Of a stretch of 64,000 nt of DNA, positions 37,963 through 46,887 are shown in pieces. The position numbers and the translations under genes were made by a program. Source of the stretch: an uncultured delta proteobacterium (GTDB lineage Bacteria; Desulfobacterota; RBG-13-43-22); the NCBI GenBank assembly GCA_963743305.1, contig CAVUPH010000006.1, positions 64,001 through 128,000 of the forward strand, written 5' to 3'. The notes beneath the pieces were generated by a model. It saw nothing but the letters and a program-made list of their open reading frames with translations, had not been told where the DNA came from and did no database searches. Positions within the stretch are counted from its first letter, which is position 1. The number at the start of each line of letters is the position of its first letter.

Positions 37963-39591
37963 TTAGTATCCGGCAAAGGGGTTTTCGGTAAAAGAGACCG
38001 CCAGTTCAATAACCCGCATTTCCTTTGAGGCCAAAGCCGACCGTAACGCCTGTTCAAGCCCCTGAGGAGTGGAGACCCGCTCGGCCTCGAACCCGAAGGC
38101 AGCAGTCAGGGCCGGCAGGTCGGGATTGACCAGGTCCGTTTCGAAATCGCCCCGGCCGTAGATTTGGCGCTGCAGGAGATCGATCATCCCATAGGCCCCG
38201 TCATTAACCACGACCAAGGGAAAGCCGATGCCGTGTCGGCGGCAGGTAGCTAGTTCCTGTGCCCCGTAAAGGAAACCGCCATCTCCGATCACGGCGACCA
38301 ACGGCCGATCGGGACAAGCGATCTTTAAACCGATGGCCGCGGGAAAGCTGAAGCCGATGATTGAAGACCCCTTGGCGGTCACCAGGCCGCCGGGCATTAA
38401 GGATTGATAGAAATACTCGGCCCAGTATCCGAGCAGGGTATTGTCAACCACCAGGCTGCCGTCACGGGGAATGGCCCGGCGAAGTATATCCAGATACTCG
38501 ATTTCCCGGCAGTCTTGGGCAATGGTTTCCCTTTCTTCCCTGATCTTACCGCTCAGAATAGAAATCCGCTCGCCCCTGTTACCGTTTCCCGAGGTCTTGG
38601 ATCGGACCCCTTCCGAAAGCCGTCGGGCGACGGCTCGGATATCGCCAGTAATGCACATTTCGGCGGGATAATTCTTTCCGATCCAAGTATCGTCCCAGTC
38701 GACATGAATCAGTCGAGGCAGAGACACTCCCCTTCGGCGAAAATCCGCGGCCCGCAGCCGGGTCCCGATGGCCAAGGCGATCGTGCTGGACCTCAGGTAC
38801 TCCCGGGCCACTCCGCGGCGGGCGGCGTTGCCGAAGGCCAGATCCTGATCCTCAGGGACCAGGCCCTTTCCTTCCGCATTGGTGAATAGCGGCGCCTGGA
38901 TCGTCCGGCAAAGAGTCTGGATCGCCTCCCCGATTCCGGCACGAACGGCGCCCGTTCCGGCAAGGACTACGGGACGTTCGGCCTCACAGAGGAGCTTCAC
39001 CGCCCTATCGAGGTCTCCGGACCACTCTTCCGGACCCCGGTTCGGATCGGTAGCAGGCAGAACCTCCCCCTCCCCGGGGAGTTCCAGGTCCCAAAGGTCG
39101 GTGGGGACTTCACAATAGACCGGACCGGGACGAGCGGAAAGGGCCGTTTGAATCGCCGGGGAAACCATCGTCCGCACGTCGTCCCTGGTCCGAAGACAAA
39201 AGCGCTTCTTGGTTATGTTTTTGAAAATGAAATCCTGTTCTTTCAGTTCGTGGAGCGTCCCCGTGCCCTGTCCGATCTGGTTGGTGGGAATATTGGTCGT
39301 GACGGCCAGGACCGGCGACGAGCTCCCCCAGGCCTCGACCAGGGGGGCCACCAGGTAACCGGCGCCGGGGCCCGTGGAGGTAATGACCACCCCCACCCCT
39401 TTCCCGGCCCGGGCATAACCGTCGGCCATGTGGGTGGCGCAGGATTCATGCCGGCAGAGGATGTGTTGAATGGCGGGTTCCCCGCGCAAGGCATCGTAAA
39501 AGCCGATATTGTGAATACTGGGAATGCCGAAGACCCGCTCAACCCCGGCTTTTTTTAGCGCCTCGACAAAAAGTTCTGAAACTCTGGCCAT
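37963..39591 (-). CDS. Thiamine pyrophosphate-dependent enzyme (acetolactate synthase-like family)
   Basis: RHESCATHMADGYAR, TGPGA, GDGGFLY...VND ThDP motif. Confidence 0.88.
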   Translation of the reverse strand: MARVSELFVEALKKAGVERVFGIPSIHNIGFYDALRGEPAIQHILCRHESCATHMADGYARAGKGVGVVITSTGPGAGYLVAPLVEAWGSSSPVLAVTTNIPTNQIGQGTGTLHELKEQDFIFKNITKKRFCLRTRDDVRTMVSPAIQTALSARPGPVYCEVPTDLWDLELPGEGEVLPATDPNRGPEEWSGDLDRAVKLLCEAERPVVLAGTGAVRAGIGEAIQTLCRTIQAPLFTNAEGKGLVPEDQDLAFGNAARRGVAREYLRSSTIALAIGTRLRAADFRRRGVSLPRLIHVDWDDTWIGKNYPAEMCITGDIRAVARRLSEGVRSKTSGNGNRGERISILSGKIREERETIAQDCREIEYLDILRRAIPRDGSLVVDNTLLGYWAEYFYQSLMPGGLVTAKGSSIIGFSFPAAIGLKIACPDRPLVAVIGDGGFLYGAQELATCRRHGIGFPLVVVNDGAYGMIDLLQRQIYGRGDFETDLVNPDLPALTAAFGFEAERVSTPQGLEQALRSALASKEMRVIELAVSFTENPFAGY

Positions 39592-39618
39592 CTAAGGGTT
39601 ACCCGCCAAAATCGAGAA

Positions 39619-40473
39619 CTAATTATTTGGCCCGATACACCACATGAATGATTGGATATCGATCATATCTCTCGGTTTGAAATCCTTCAACTCGGACCGG
39701 AAGTATTCGGAAAAATCCAAAACGGATTGATAGGTTTTCCAATTTAAATCCGGACGGTAGTTTATCTCGAAGGCGGACATTGCCGCAGCCAGTTGGGTGA
39801 CGATCGGCTTTATAAAAATAAATTTGTCGGGGAAGACAATGAAAAGGAAATAGGACAGGGTGGTCCACTTGGCCGCCTTGATCCCCGCCAGGGTCCGGGC
39901 AAACGAGATAAATCGCTCCGCCAGGTCCTCTTTCCCATACAACAGTTGATAAAGTTTTTCGGAAAACAACTCCATGTTTTTTGAATCTTTCAGGCCATTC
40001 CTTAACGCCAATTTTTCGTTGGGGAAAATCAGGTTGGTGGCGTTGACCACTTTCAGTGCCCGCTTGCATATTTCCTCATAATCCTGTTGACCCAACAAGG
40101 TCTCCAATGGCCCGGGGCCTATTAAATTCAGGGCCAGTTCATGGGCCGCCACCTTATAATTTCTTTCGCCCTTCAAGTAGGCGGGGTCATAAAATCCTTC
40201 GGGATAATCCTTTAAGAACATTTCTTTTGATATTTGCAGGTTTTGGTACTTGCTGCCCCCGTCTTCCTTAAGGCACAAATGATCCAATACCGGGTTCCTG
40301 GCTTCCTCCCCGGAAATTTTTACCGGCTCAACGTGTTTTAACGAGAGGGTCTTTCGGCCATCCCCGGTAAAGAATACGCTAACCTTGTGATCCCGACTGT
40401 CCTCCAATACTTTCCCTAGTCCCCATTCCGGCATGCCGGGGTGTTTTACCCTTTCGCCCTTTTTGTAGTCCAT
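39619..40473 (-). CDS. DUF3553-like domain protein
   Basis: N-terminal VKHPGMPEWGLGKV; C-terminal DMIDIQSFMW. Confidence 0.6.
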   Translation of the reverse strand: MDYKKGERVKHPGMPEWGLGKVLEDSRDHKVSVFFTGDGRKTLSLKHVEPVKISGEEARNPVLDHLCLKEDGGSKYQNLQISKEMFLKDYPEGFYDPAYLKGERNYKVAAHELALNLIGPGPLETLLGQQDYEEICKRALKVVNATNLIFPNEKLALRNGLKDSKNMELFSEKLYQLLYGKEDLAERFISFARTLAGIKAAKWTTLSYFLFIVFPDKFIFIKPIVTQLAAAMSAFEINYRPDLNWKTYQSVLDFSEYFRSELKDFKPRDMIDIQSFMWCIGPNN

Positions 40474-40795
40474 TTTTTTACCTCATCCTTCTTAAATGAT
40501 TGACGGGTCTGCTTTCTTATATGAAATTTCGGATTTGCGGATTCAAAGCAATCACCTTCCAAAAGAAAACCCTCCAGTCCGAATACGAACGGGAGGGTTG
40601 AATAGAAATTATCGCATCCTGCTTGGAACGCCAATTCTGACGTATTTATACTATACAATATAGGCCTTTAATTCGCGAAGTCAAAAGATATTTACTCCAG
40701 GGAGTCTCCCTCCCGGCCACCCAGAGGGAATAATGGAGTAAACTAATTGAATTTATTGTAATTATTATTTTCCTCTCCCAAGACGCCCGAAGGGT

Positions 40796-40871
40796 CTGGA
40801 ACAACGAATTCACGGACGGTTTCCGCGGCGTATCGCAAAGCCTCCTTGATCTCCTCAGGCTCTAAGTGCGG
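40796..40871 (-). pseudogene. DUF433 antitoxin C-terminal remnant
   Basis: Manual translation PHLEPEEIKEALRYAAETV resembles the end of the DUF433 ORF at 43729-43980. Confidence 0.55.
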
Positions 40872-40970
40872 CCTTTTCCTGGGATATTATCCCCATTTCA
40901 TAATTTCTCTGCCCATGCTTGTGGTAGGAGGCTGCATCACGAATGGATTGGATGATGGATGTGAGGATGG

Positions 40971-42134
40971 TCATGCTGGGAACTCACTCGGTTTCAGTTG
41001 AAGCAGGAACTCCTCGCAGGGCACACACAGGATACCGTCACGCAAAAGTCGCTCCCTCCCACGATACAGCAGCCAGCGACGGCTTTCCGGAAAGTCTTCG
41101 CTGAAGTTTTTAAGTCCGCGCAGATCCTCCGGCCGCACCTGGGCGGAGTTTTTCACTTCCAGCGCGTGCAAGCCGCCCTCTCCATAGACCACAAAATCCA
41201 CCTCCACTTTCGACCGTGTTTGCCAGTAATGCAATTGGTGATTACCACCCGAATAGTCACACCACGCCCGAAGATGTTGAGCAACGAGACTCTCCAGCGC
41301 AGCGCCCTCGATCTCCGAAGGAGCATCCAGGGGACCGGACGGCCGGTTGGCGCGGAAGACGCCGGCATCAAAAAAGAAAAACTTTGGATGTGTCGCCAGT
41401 TCGCGCTGCGCCCGCCGGGTGAAAACCGGCACTCGAAAAGCCAGTAAAAGATCCTCCAATATTTCCAGATAGCCCTCCACCGTCTTGCGGTTTACGTGGC
41501 ACTCCCGGGCAACATTGGCCAGGTTGAGAACGGCCGCCTGCGAAAAGCTGATGGCTTCGAGGAAGCGGGAAAAGTTTCCGATATTGCGCACCAACCCTTC
41601 CATCTGCACTTCTTCCCGCAAATAGAGGCCGTTGTAAGCGCGCAGGATTTCCTCGGGCACCTTGCCCGCCCGCACGATGGGCAGCATGCCGAGGCGCAAT
41701 GCCTCCTCCAGGTTGAATTGTGGGCCGAGTTCGGCGGCCATGAAGGGATACAACGATTTTTGTATCGCCCGTCCGCCTAAAAGATTCACACCGCCGCGCC
41801 GAAGCTTGCGGGCGCTTGAGCCAGTGAATATAAACTGCACCCCCTGCTTATCCTCGATCAGCAGATGGACGACTTCCAGCAACTCCGGCAGCTTTTGTAC
41901 TTCGTCGATGACCACCTGCAGGACTCCAGGCCTGGCCCCTATCAACTCCCGCAGACGCTCGGGTCGCGCAGATAGCGAACGTAAGGTTTCCGGCTCCAGC
42001 AGATCTACCCGAAGCGCCTGTGGAAAAAGCCTCTGGGTCAACCAGGTCTTGCCCGTGCCGCGCGGACCCAGCAGGAAGAAGTGATCAGCAGGAGGTATGA
42101 AATATCGTGGTATTGATTCCATTTTGCGTCCCAT
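40971..42134 (-). CDS. AAA_14 ATPase with DUF4143 domain
   Basis: GPRGTGKT, IDEVQK, TGSS, PKFFFFDAG, EVDFV...LEVK. Confidence 0.88.
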   Translation of the reverse strand: MGRKMESIPRYFIPPADHFFLLGPRGTGKTWLTQRLFPQALRVDLLEPETLRSLSARPERLRELIGARPGVLQVVIDEVQKLPELLEVVHLLIEDKQGVQFIFTGSSARKLRRGGVNLLGGRAIQKSLYPFMAAELGPQFNLEEALRLGMLPIVRAGKVPEEILRAYNGLYLREEVQMEGLVRNIGNFSRFLEAISFSQAAVLNLANVARECHVNRKTVEGYLEILEDLLLAFRVPVFTRRAQRELATHPKFFFFDAGVFRANRPSGPLDAPSEIEGAALESLVAQHLRAWCDYSGGNHQLHYWQTRSKVEVDFVVYGEGGLHALEVKNSAQVRPEDLRGLKNFSEDFPESRRWLLYRGRERLLRDGILCVPCEEFLLQLKPSEFPA

Positions 42135-42243
42135 AATAGAATAAACGATGCTATTTTATAAGCTATATTTCCAAAGTTGACAATTAAAAATAGGGACGGC
42201 CATAAAATTTTATCCTTCGATCTCGTAGAAAGCGCGTCCCGCC

Positions 42244-42552
42244 TTACTGGACATCAATGACTCCTACCCATCTGGTTATTTCCCGGGGTCCCATATGGAC
42301 CTGAACGGACCCGCCGACCGCCTTGGCCAGACGCACCATGGTTTCAACCGTAAAATTAATATCACCCCGGAGGACTTTGGTTATATACGCCGGGGAAGCT
42401 CCCAACCGTTTGGCCAATTCCACACTGGAGATCTTATTCTCCTGCATCAGGCCGTATAATCCTTCGGTAAAATCCAGTATGATTTTAGCGGATAGAAAAG
42501 TGTCTCTTTGTCTGGCTTTATCGAAAAGATCCTGAAAAGATTTTCTCTTCAT
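42244..42552 (-). CDS. XRE-family HTH antitoxin (HigA-like)
   Basis: ELAKRLGASPAYITKVLRGDINFTVETMVRLAKAVG; lies downstream of a RelE-like fragment. Confidence 0.75.
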   Translation of the reverse strand: MKRKSFQDLFDKARQRDTFLSAKIILDFTEGLYGLMQENKISSVELAKRLGASPAYITKVLRGDINFTVETMVRLAKAVGGSVQVHMGPREITRWVGVIDVQ

Positions 42553-42556
42553 GGCA

Positions 42557-42765
42557 TCACCTTCTTTTTTTTTCAATGATCATCAATGGTCTCTTGGCTT
42601 TGGTCTCCAGGTAGCTTTTGCGTAACCGTTCCGCCCGGGAAATTTCCCGGTCAGGCGTTTCTCGGCTTCTCTTAAGAAAGCCGTGGGTACAGAGGATTAC
42701 TTTCCCCTCTTCATAGAACCACAAAACCCTCAATTGCCCTTGAATAAACTCAAAGGAAATAAGGA
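42557..42765 (-). pseudogene. RelE/Gp49-like toxin, N-terminally truncated
   Basis: LRVLWFY...ILCTHGFLKRSRETPDREISRAERLR; the 5' end abuts the IS110 fragment. Confidence 0.7.
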
Positions 42766-42768
42766 ACA

Positions 42769-43296
42769 ATTCGGAACCACCTCTTAGCGCAGTATTTCCC
42801 CGAATTGGATCGTTTCAGTGGGCGACCGGAAGTCGAGCCGATTGTCCGCTGGTGCCTGGATACTTACGAACTGGCCGGTTTGGAGTTCGCTCAATTCGTC
42901 CAGCGGGTAGTGCCCGGACGCCAGACCCTGGCTCAGCATCAGCGTTTGCAGACCATCCAGCAACTGGCCATCGGCTCCATCGGTTGCCAGATGGGGGAAG
43001 GTGCCCACTTTGAGGCCCGGGTGATGGTGGACGGACTGCGGCAACTTCGGGAGACCATTAAGACGACCGACGAACGGATCCGGGGGACTTGCCGGCAGTT
43101 TCCGGAGTATGGGTATCTGCTCACCATCCCCGGCTTTGGACCGGACGTTTCGGCCAAGGTGATCGGCGCGATCGGCAATCCCTTCCGCTTTCAAAACCGG
43201 AAGCAGGTGCTCAAGATGGCCGGATTGGATCTGGGCGCCGACCGGAGCGGAAAAACCTCGGAGGCGGCCACCCCGGTTATTTCCAAAACTGGATAA
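42769..43296 (+). mobile_element. IS110-family transposase internal fragment
   Basis: IRNHLLAQYFPEL...LLTIPGFGP...FQNRKQVLKMAGL...DRSGK...ISKTG; lacks the N-terminal DEDD region and the C-terminus. Confidence 0.8.
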
Positions 43297-43578
43297 GGGA
43301 TGCTGGGTGCCCGTCTCGGGCGGGATGCCGGATACTGATTTAGTTTACCCTGAGCCCGTCGAAGGGCTGGGGTTTAAAGTTCGCGGTGGGCAGCATGTCC
43401 AGCCGCAGGCAGGATGGGCACTGGGGAAACCAAATGAATCCCGTCTGTCCGTCAGGCGTCTAGGGAAGGTGCGCTCAAAAAATGGTCCAATTCCTATCCC
43501 ATCAAAATCGTTGTCTTTCTCAAAATGAATTATTTCCTCTTGACAGGATGACTATAGGATGTCCCCTATCATAAAATT

Positions 43579-43728
43579 CTATCCTTTGGGGTGGTGGCTT
43601 ATTCGAATACGCCCCGGTTGCACAACAACAAAGCAACCGATTAGACGCTCGCCCTGTTCTTTGACCAATTGCACCAGATCCCTGGAAACTTGCTTTCGGG
43701 CTGATGTGGGAAACCTTAATAGCACGAA
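43579..43728 (-). pseudogene. DUF5615 (PIN-like) toxin C-terminal remnant
   Basis: Manual translation VLLRFP...LIGCFVVVQPGRIRIS directly after the DUF433 stop. Confidence 0.6.
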
Positions 43729-43980
43729 TTATCCCCGGGCTATTCGTCGGGGCTTTTCCATGAATATTATTTCTTCATGGGCCAACGTATCGGCGGCATA
43801 ACGAATGGCGGTTTGAATATCCCCTGGCTTTAGCTTTGGGTAGGCCTCTAAGAGTTCCGCTTCCTTGGCCCCTTCACTTAGCTTTCGGAGGATAAGTTCC
43901 AGGGTGATCCGGGTTCCACGGATGACCGGTTTGCCCATCATAATTCTTGGATTGATTTCAATTCGGTCCGTAATGGTCAT
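43729..43980 (-). CDS. DUF433 antitoxin
   Basis: RIEINPRIMMGKPVIRGTRI...EAYPKL...AIRYA; AGGAGG RBS before ATG 43980. Confidence 0.85.
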   Translation of the reverse strand: MTITDRIEINPRIMMGKPVIRGTRITLELILRKLSEGAKEAELLEAYPKLKPGDIQTAIRYAADTLAHEEIIFMEKPRRIARG

Positions 43981-44093
43981 GCCAAACCTCCTGCTGTCCT
44001 TATCTCGGTATTGCCGGAAACGGGCTTTCCCAAATCTTTTTTCGGATTCTTCTTGAGGATATAAGGCTGAGAGTAGTTTGACAAGGCAAAAAT

Positions 44094-44617
44094 TCAATGG
44101 CTGAAACCGGCAGGCTCCAGGTCCTCGGCCAGCAGCGCCCTCTCCAAGGCGATAACCTGTGGGAGTCCTCGGTCCAGGTAGTCTTTTCGGGAGATGTGGG
44201 GAAACACCACCATCCGGCCCACCGGGATTTTCAACTGCCCTCCATGGGGTCCGGTGCTCTGGTGGAATTCCTGATGCTTCCGAAGCTGGTCCATGAGTTC
44301 GTTTGCGTACCCCTTGGCCTGCCGGTCCGGGTTGGTCCGGTTTCTTCCTTGTCGCCTGTCCAGAATTTAAACGTGTGGGGAGTGATTTCACCGATCTGGT
44401 CGATCTCCCAGTCTTTGACTTCCAGTACCAGGAGCCCAAGGGAGGCGCCATATAGAATGAAGTCCGGCTCCGCGCCAGAGCTGCCTATGGTGGGCTCGTA
44501 CAAGGCGATGAAGTCCCTTTCCGGACGGGCCGCGTCATGGAGGAACCGAAAGACCTTCTTTTCGCCGGCCGTTGGTTTTTCCAGGACTTCGATGTCTTCG
44601 GGTTGCATCCGAGCCAT
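44094..44617 (-). pseudogene. NERD nuclease domain, frameshifted and truncated
   Basis: TAGEKKVF...EPDFILY...GLLVLEVKDW; continues in another frame as NPDRQAKGY...VVFPHISR. Confidence 0.75.
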
Positions 44618-44836
44618 AGAATATCAATTCAATCGGTTGCAGAATGCCAGGTGACAGCGTCGTCGAGCTCCTGTTGGGCGAATACAAAAGCCGGGGGGCG
44701 CAGATCCGCTGCGACTATTCTCCAAATCTGCGGCAGACCTGATCCCTGAAGTCTGAAGACAACCATAATCCAACGGCCATCAGCTTTTCCAGACTTTCGC
44801 GAATCGAGGGGATTAACTTTCGCCTCTTGGCCAAGA

Positions 44837-45037
44837 CTAACACTCAACCCGTTTCAGCCAATCGGTGGAAGGCAATCCCTGAGCCGCAAAATCTCTTTTC
44901 CCTTGAGCCAAAATTTCATGGCACACCTCTTCCGGGACGATAACTTCCGTAAATAGGGCCGGGAGCAGATTGGCTAACCCGCTTTGAAAAAGGCAGATAA
45001 GGGGGGAGGCATTGACCACGACCCGGTTAATGGGCAT
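44837..45037 (-). pseudogene. DUF3368 PIN-type toxin, truncated
   Basis: VVVNASPLI...LLPALFTEVIVPEEVCHEI; stops at 66 aa. Confidence 0.7.
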
Positions 45038-45084
45038 CTCTAAGCTCTTTTTCTATCTCATCGGCCGTGTACTGAAAAGGTCAT
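45027..45084 (-). pseudogene. UPF0175 antitoxin remnant
   Basis: RBS and ATG joined directly to PFQYTADEIEKELRDAH*, which overlaps the DUF3368 start. Confidence 0.5.
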
Positions 45085-45176
45085 AAATCGCCTCCTCATA
45101 CTTGAATATTTTGATTATACCAGAAAGCCGAGAGTATTTCTGGGTAATTATACCCCGGGGGCAACCGGTCAGGCCA

Positions 45177-46142
45177 TTATTCCGCCCGGGCGGCGCGCAC
45201 CACCGCCGAGGTGGTCACCCCGAGGAACCGGGCCACGGCCGTCGCCGGAAACCCCAACTCGCCCACTGAGGCCCGACAAAACCCTCTTCGGGCTTCCGAG
45301 ACCTTCCGCATCCGGCTCCCGGAGCGGAGCTCCGTTTCGGTGATTCCCCGGTCCGCGGCGATTTCCCGGGCCAGGATTTCCAAATCTACGCCCGGACCTT
45401 TTCTTCTCAGAGTTTCCTTTTCCATCTCCGCGGACTCCGACCAGATCTGCTCTACAAAGTCCCCATCGCCCAGAACGCGATCATCGGCAGCCATCCGCAG
45501 GCCTTTCCTCCGCAGCGAAAGCACCTGGGACCAGCCCCCCAGGCTACGGATCAACCCGCCGCCGACCAGCTCCGGCCGCCGGCCTTGGTCCACTCCTTCG
45601 GCCACAAAAGCCTCATACCGCCGAACCGCCTCCTTGGACCTTCCGGCAAAATAGGCCAGGATCGTGCCGGTATTCTGCCAGTCCCGCTCCACCTGGCCCG
45701 TCAGTGCCGAGTGGCCGGACCAGGGAAATCGGCCCAAGGCCTCCAGGTCCGGGACCAGCCCGGCCCGGAGGGGATTCAAATGGATATAGCGGGTCAGTTC
45801 CAGCAGATAGAGGTCCTCCTGGCAGACGATCGACTTGTAGCGGTTCTGAAAGAGGTGGCCGCGCCGTTTGTGCCGCAGGTTGAAGTTGATGGCGTAGCCG
45901 GTCATCAGGCGCCGCATGCTCCGGGCCAGGGGCTCTTTTTCAGTTCGCACCAGCAGGTGAAAATGGTTGGGCATCAATGCCCAGGCGAATACGGACCATC
46001 TACCCGAACGGCACAACTCCGCCATCCGGTCGATGAAGTCCTCCCGGTCTCCTTTGGTCCTAAATATCTTACTGGTCTCGATCCCCCGGCCCATGACGTG
46101 ATGCAGGGTCCCGGGGGCATCCAGCCGCGGTTGCCTGGGCCT
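45177..46142 (-). mobile_element. Y1 (HUH) tyrosine transposase, RAYT-like, with C-terminal HTH; probable start-codon loss
   Basis: PRQPRLDAPGTLHHVMGRG, MPNHFHLL (HUH), GHLFQNRYKS, YIHLNP, PWSG; AGG at 46142-46140 where Met is expected. Confidence 0.85.
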
Positions 46143-46179
46143 GTTTCTCTCGATAGCGCTTTTAGAAACTCTTGTCAGG

Positions 46180-46544
46180 TTATTCAGAAACTACGTTATT
46201 CTCTGCCCTTGGAATAATAAATATTTTTTGGCCTTTCGCGTCCATCTTTGCAAGATTCTTCAACCGGCGTTTGTGGTCCCGTTTCTTCTGTTTTCGCTTG
46301 TTGTTTGTACATAGGAGAGGTGACGCGCCCGATAGGTTTTCCAGTAGGAGGGGTGGTGCTACAGCCAATGCTTTTGGGCATTCCGATGGTCGGCCCAGTA
46401 GTCCGGATCTCGGCGCATCTTTTCCCGTTGCCAGAGGGCCTTCTTGGCTCGTTGGCATTCAGGGCGGCTACAGTACTCCTGGTTCTTGACCCGGGGGTCT
46501 GGAAGAAAAATGGCGTGGCAATGCCGACATCGTTTCCGGTCCAT
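46180..46544 (-). pseudogene. Zn-finger/basic mobile-element-associated protein, disrupted
   Basis: CRHC...PDPRVKNQEYCSRPEC, in-frame TAG at 46359-46361, then a frameshifted tail ending in AKMDA. Confidence 0.45.
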
Positions 46545-46887
46545 GGCTTTCCTCCCGGGGAAACAATAAATCGGACCGGGATTCTCGGAAACGGGAGAAT
46601 ATTAAAAAAATGGGGATAGCCAGGGAAGAAAATAGATCCCTGGCCGGGTTTTACGCCGATGCCCTGGACTACTTCTTAACCGAAAAAAATGGTAGACTTA
46701 CTGAGCGGTGATATCAATCGTTTTTAGAAGACTTGAAAATTCCCTGTAATGCCTTCATGGCCGCCATAAACAGAATGGACAAATAGTCATAATATAATCA
46801 AATCAAAAGGAGAAAGAGATAGGGGGGTCAGCTTTCATGTCTCCAAAACGCTCGCACTCGATTCGAAAGGAGGGCGGTAAACATGGT

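Noticed and set aside
43729-44451. 240-aa ORF read as a DUF433 fusion protein
   Set aside because: The upstream part is an off-frame read of the NERD pseudogene; DUF433 has its own RBS and ATG at 43980.
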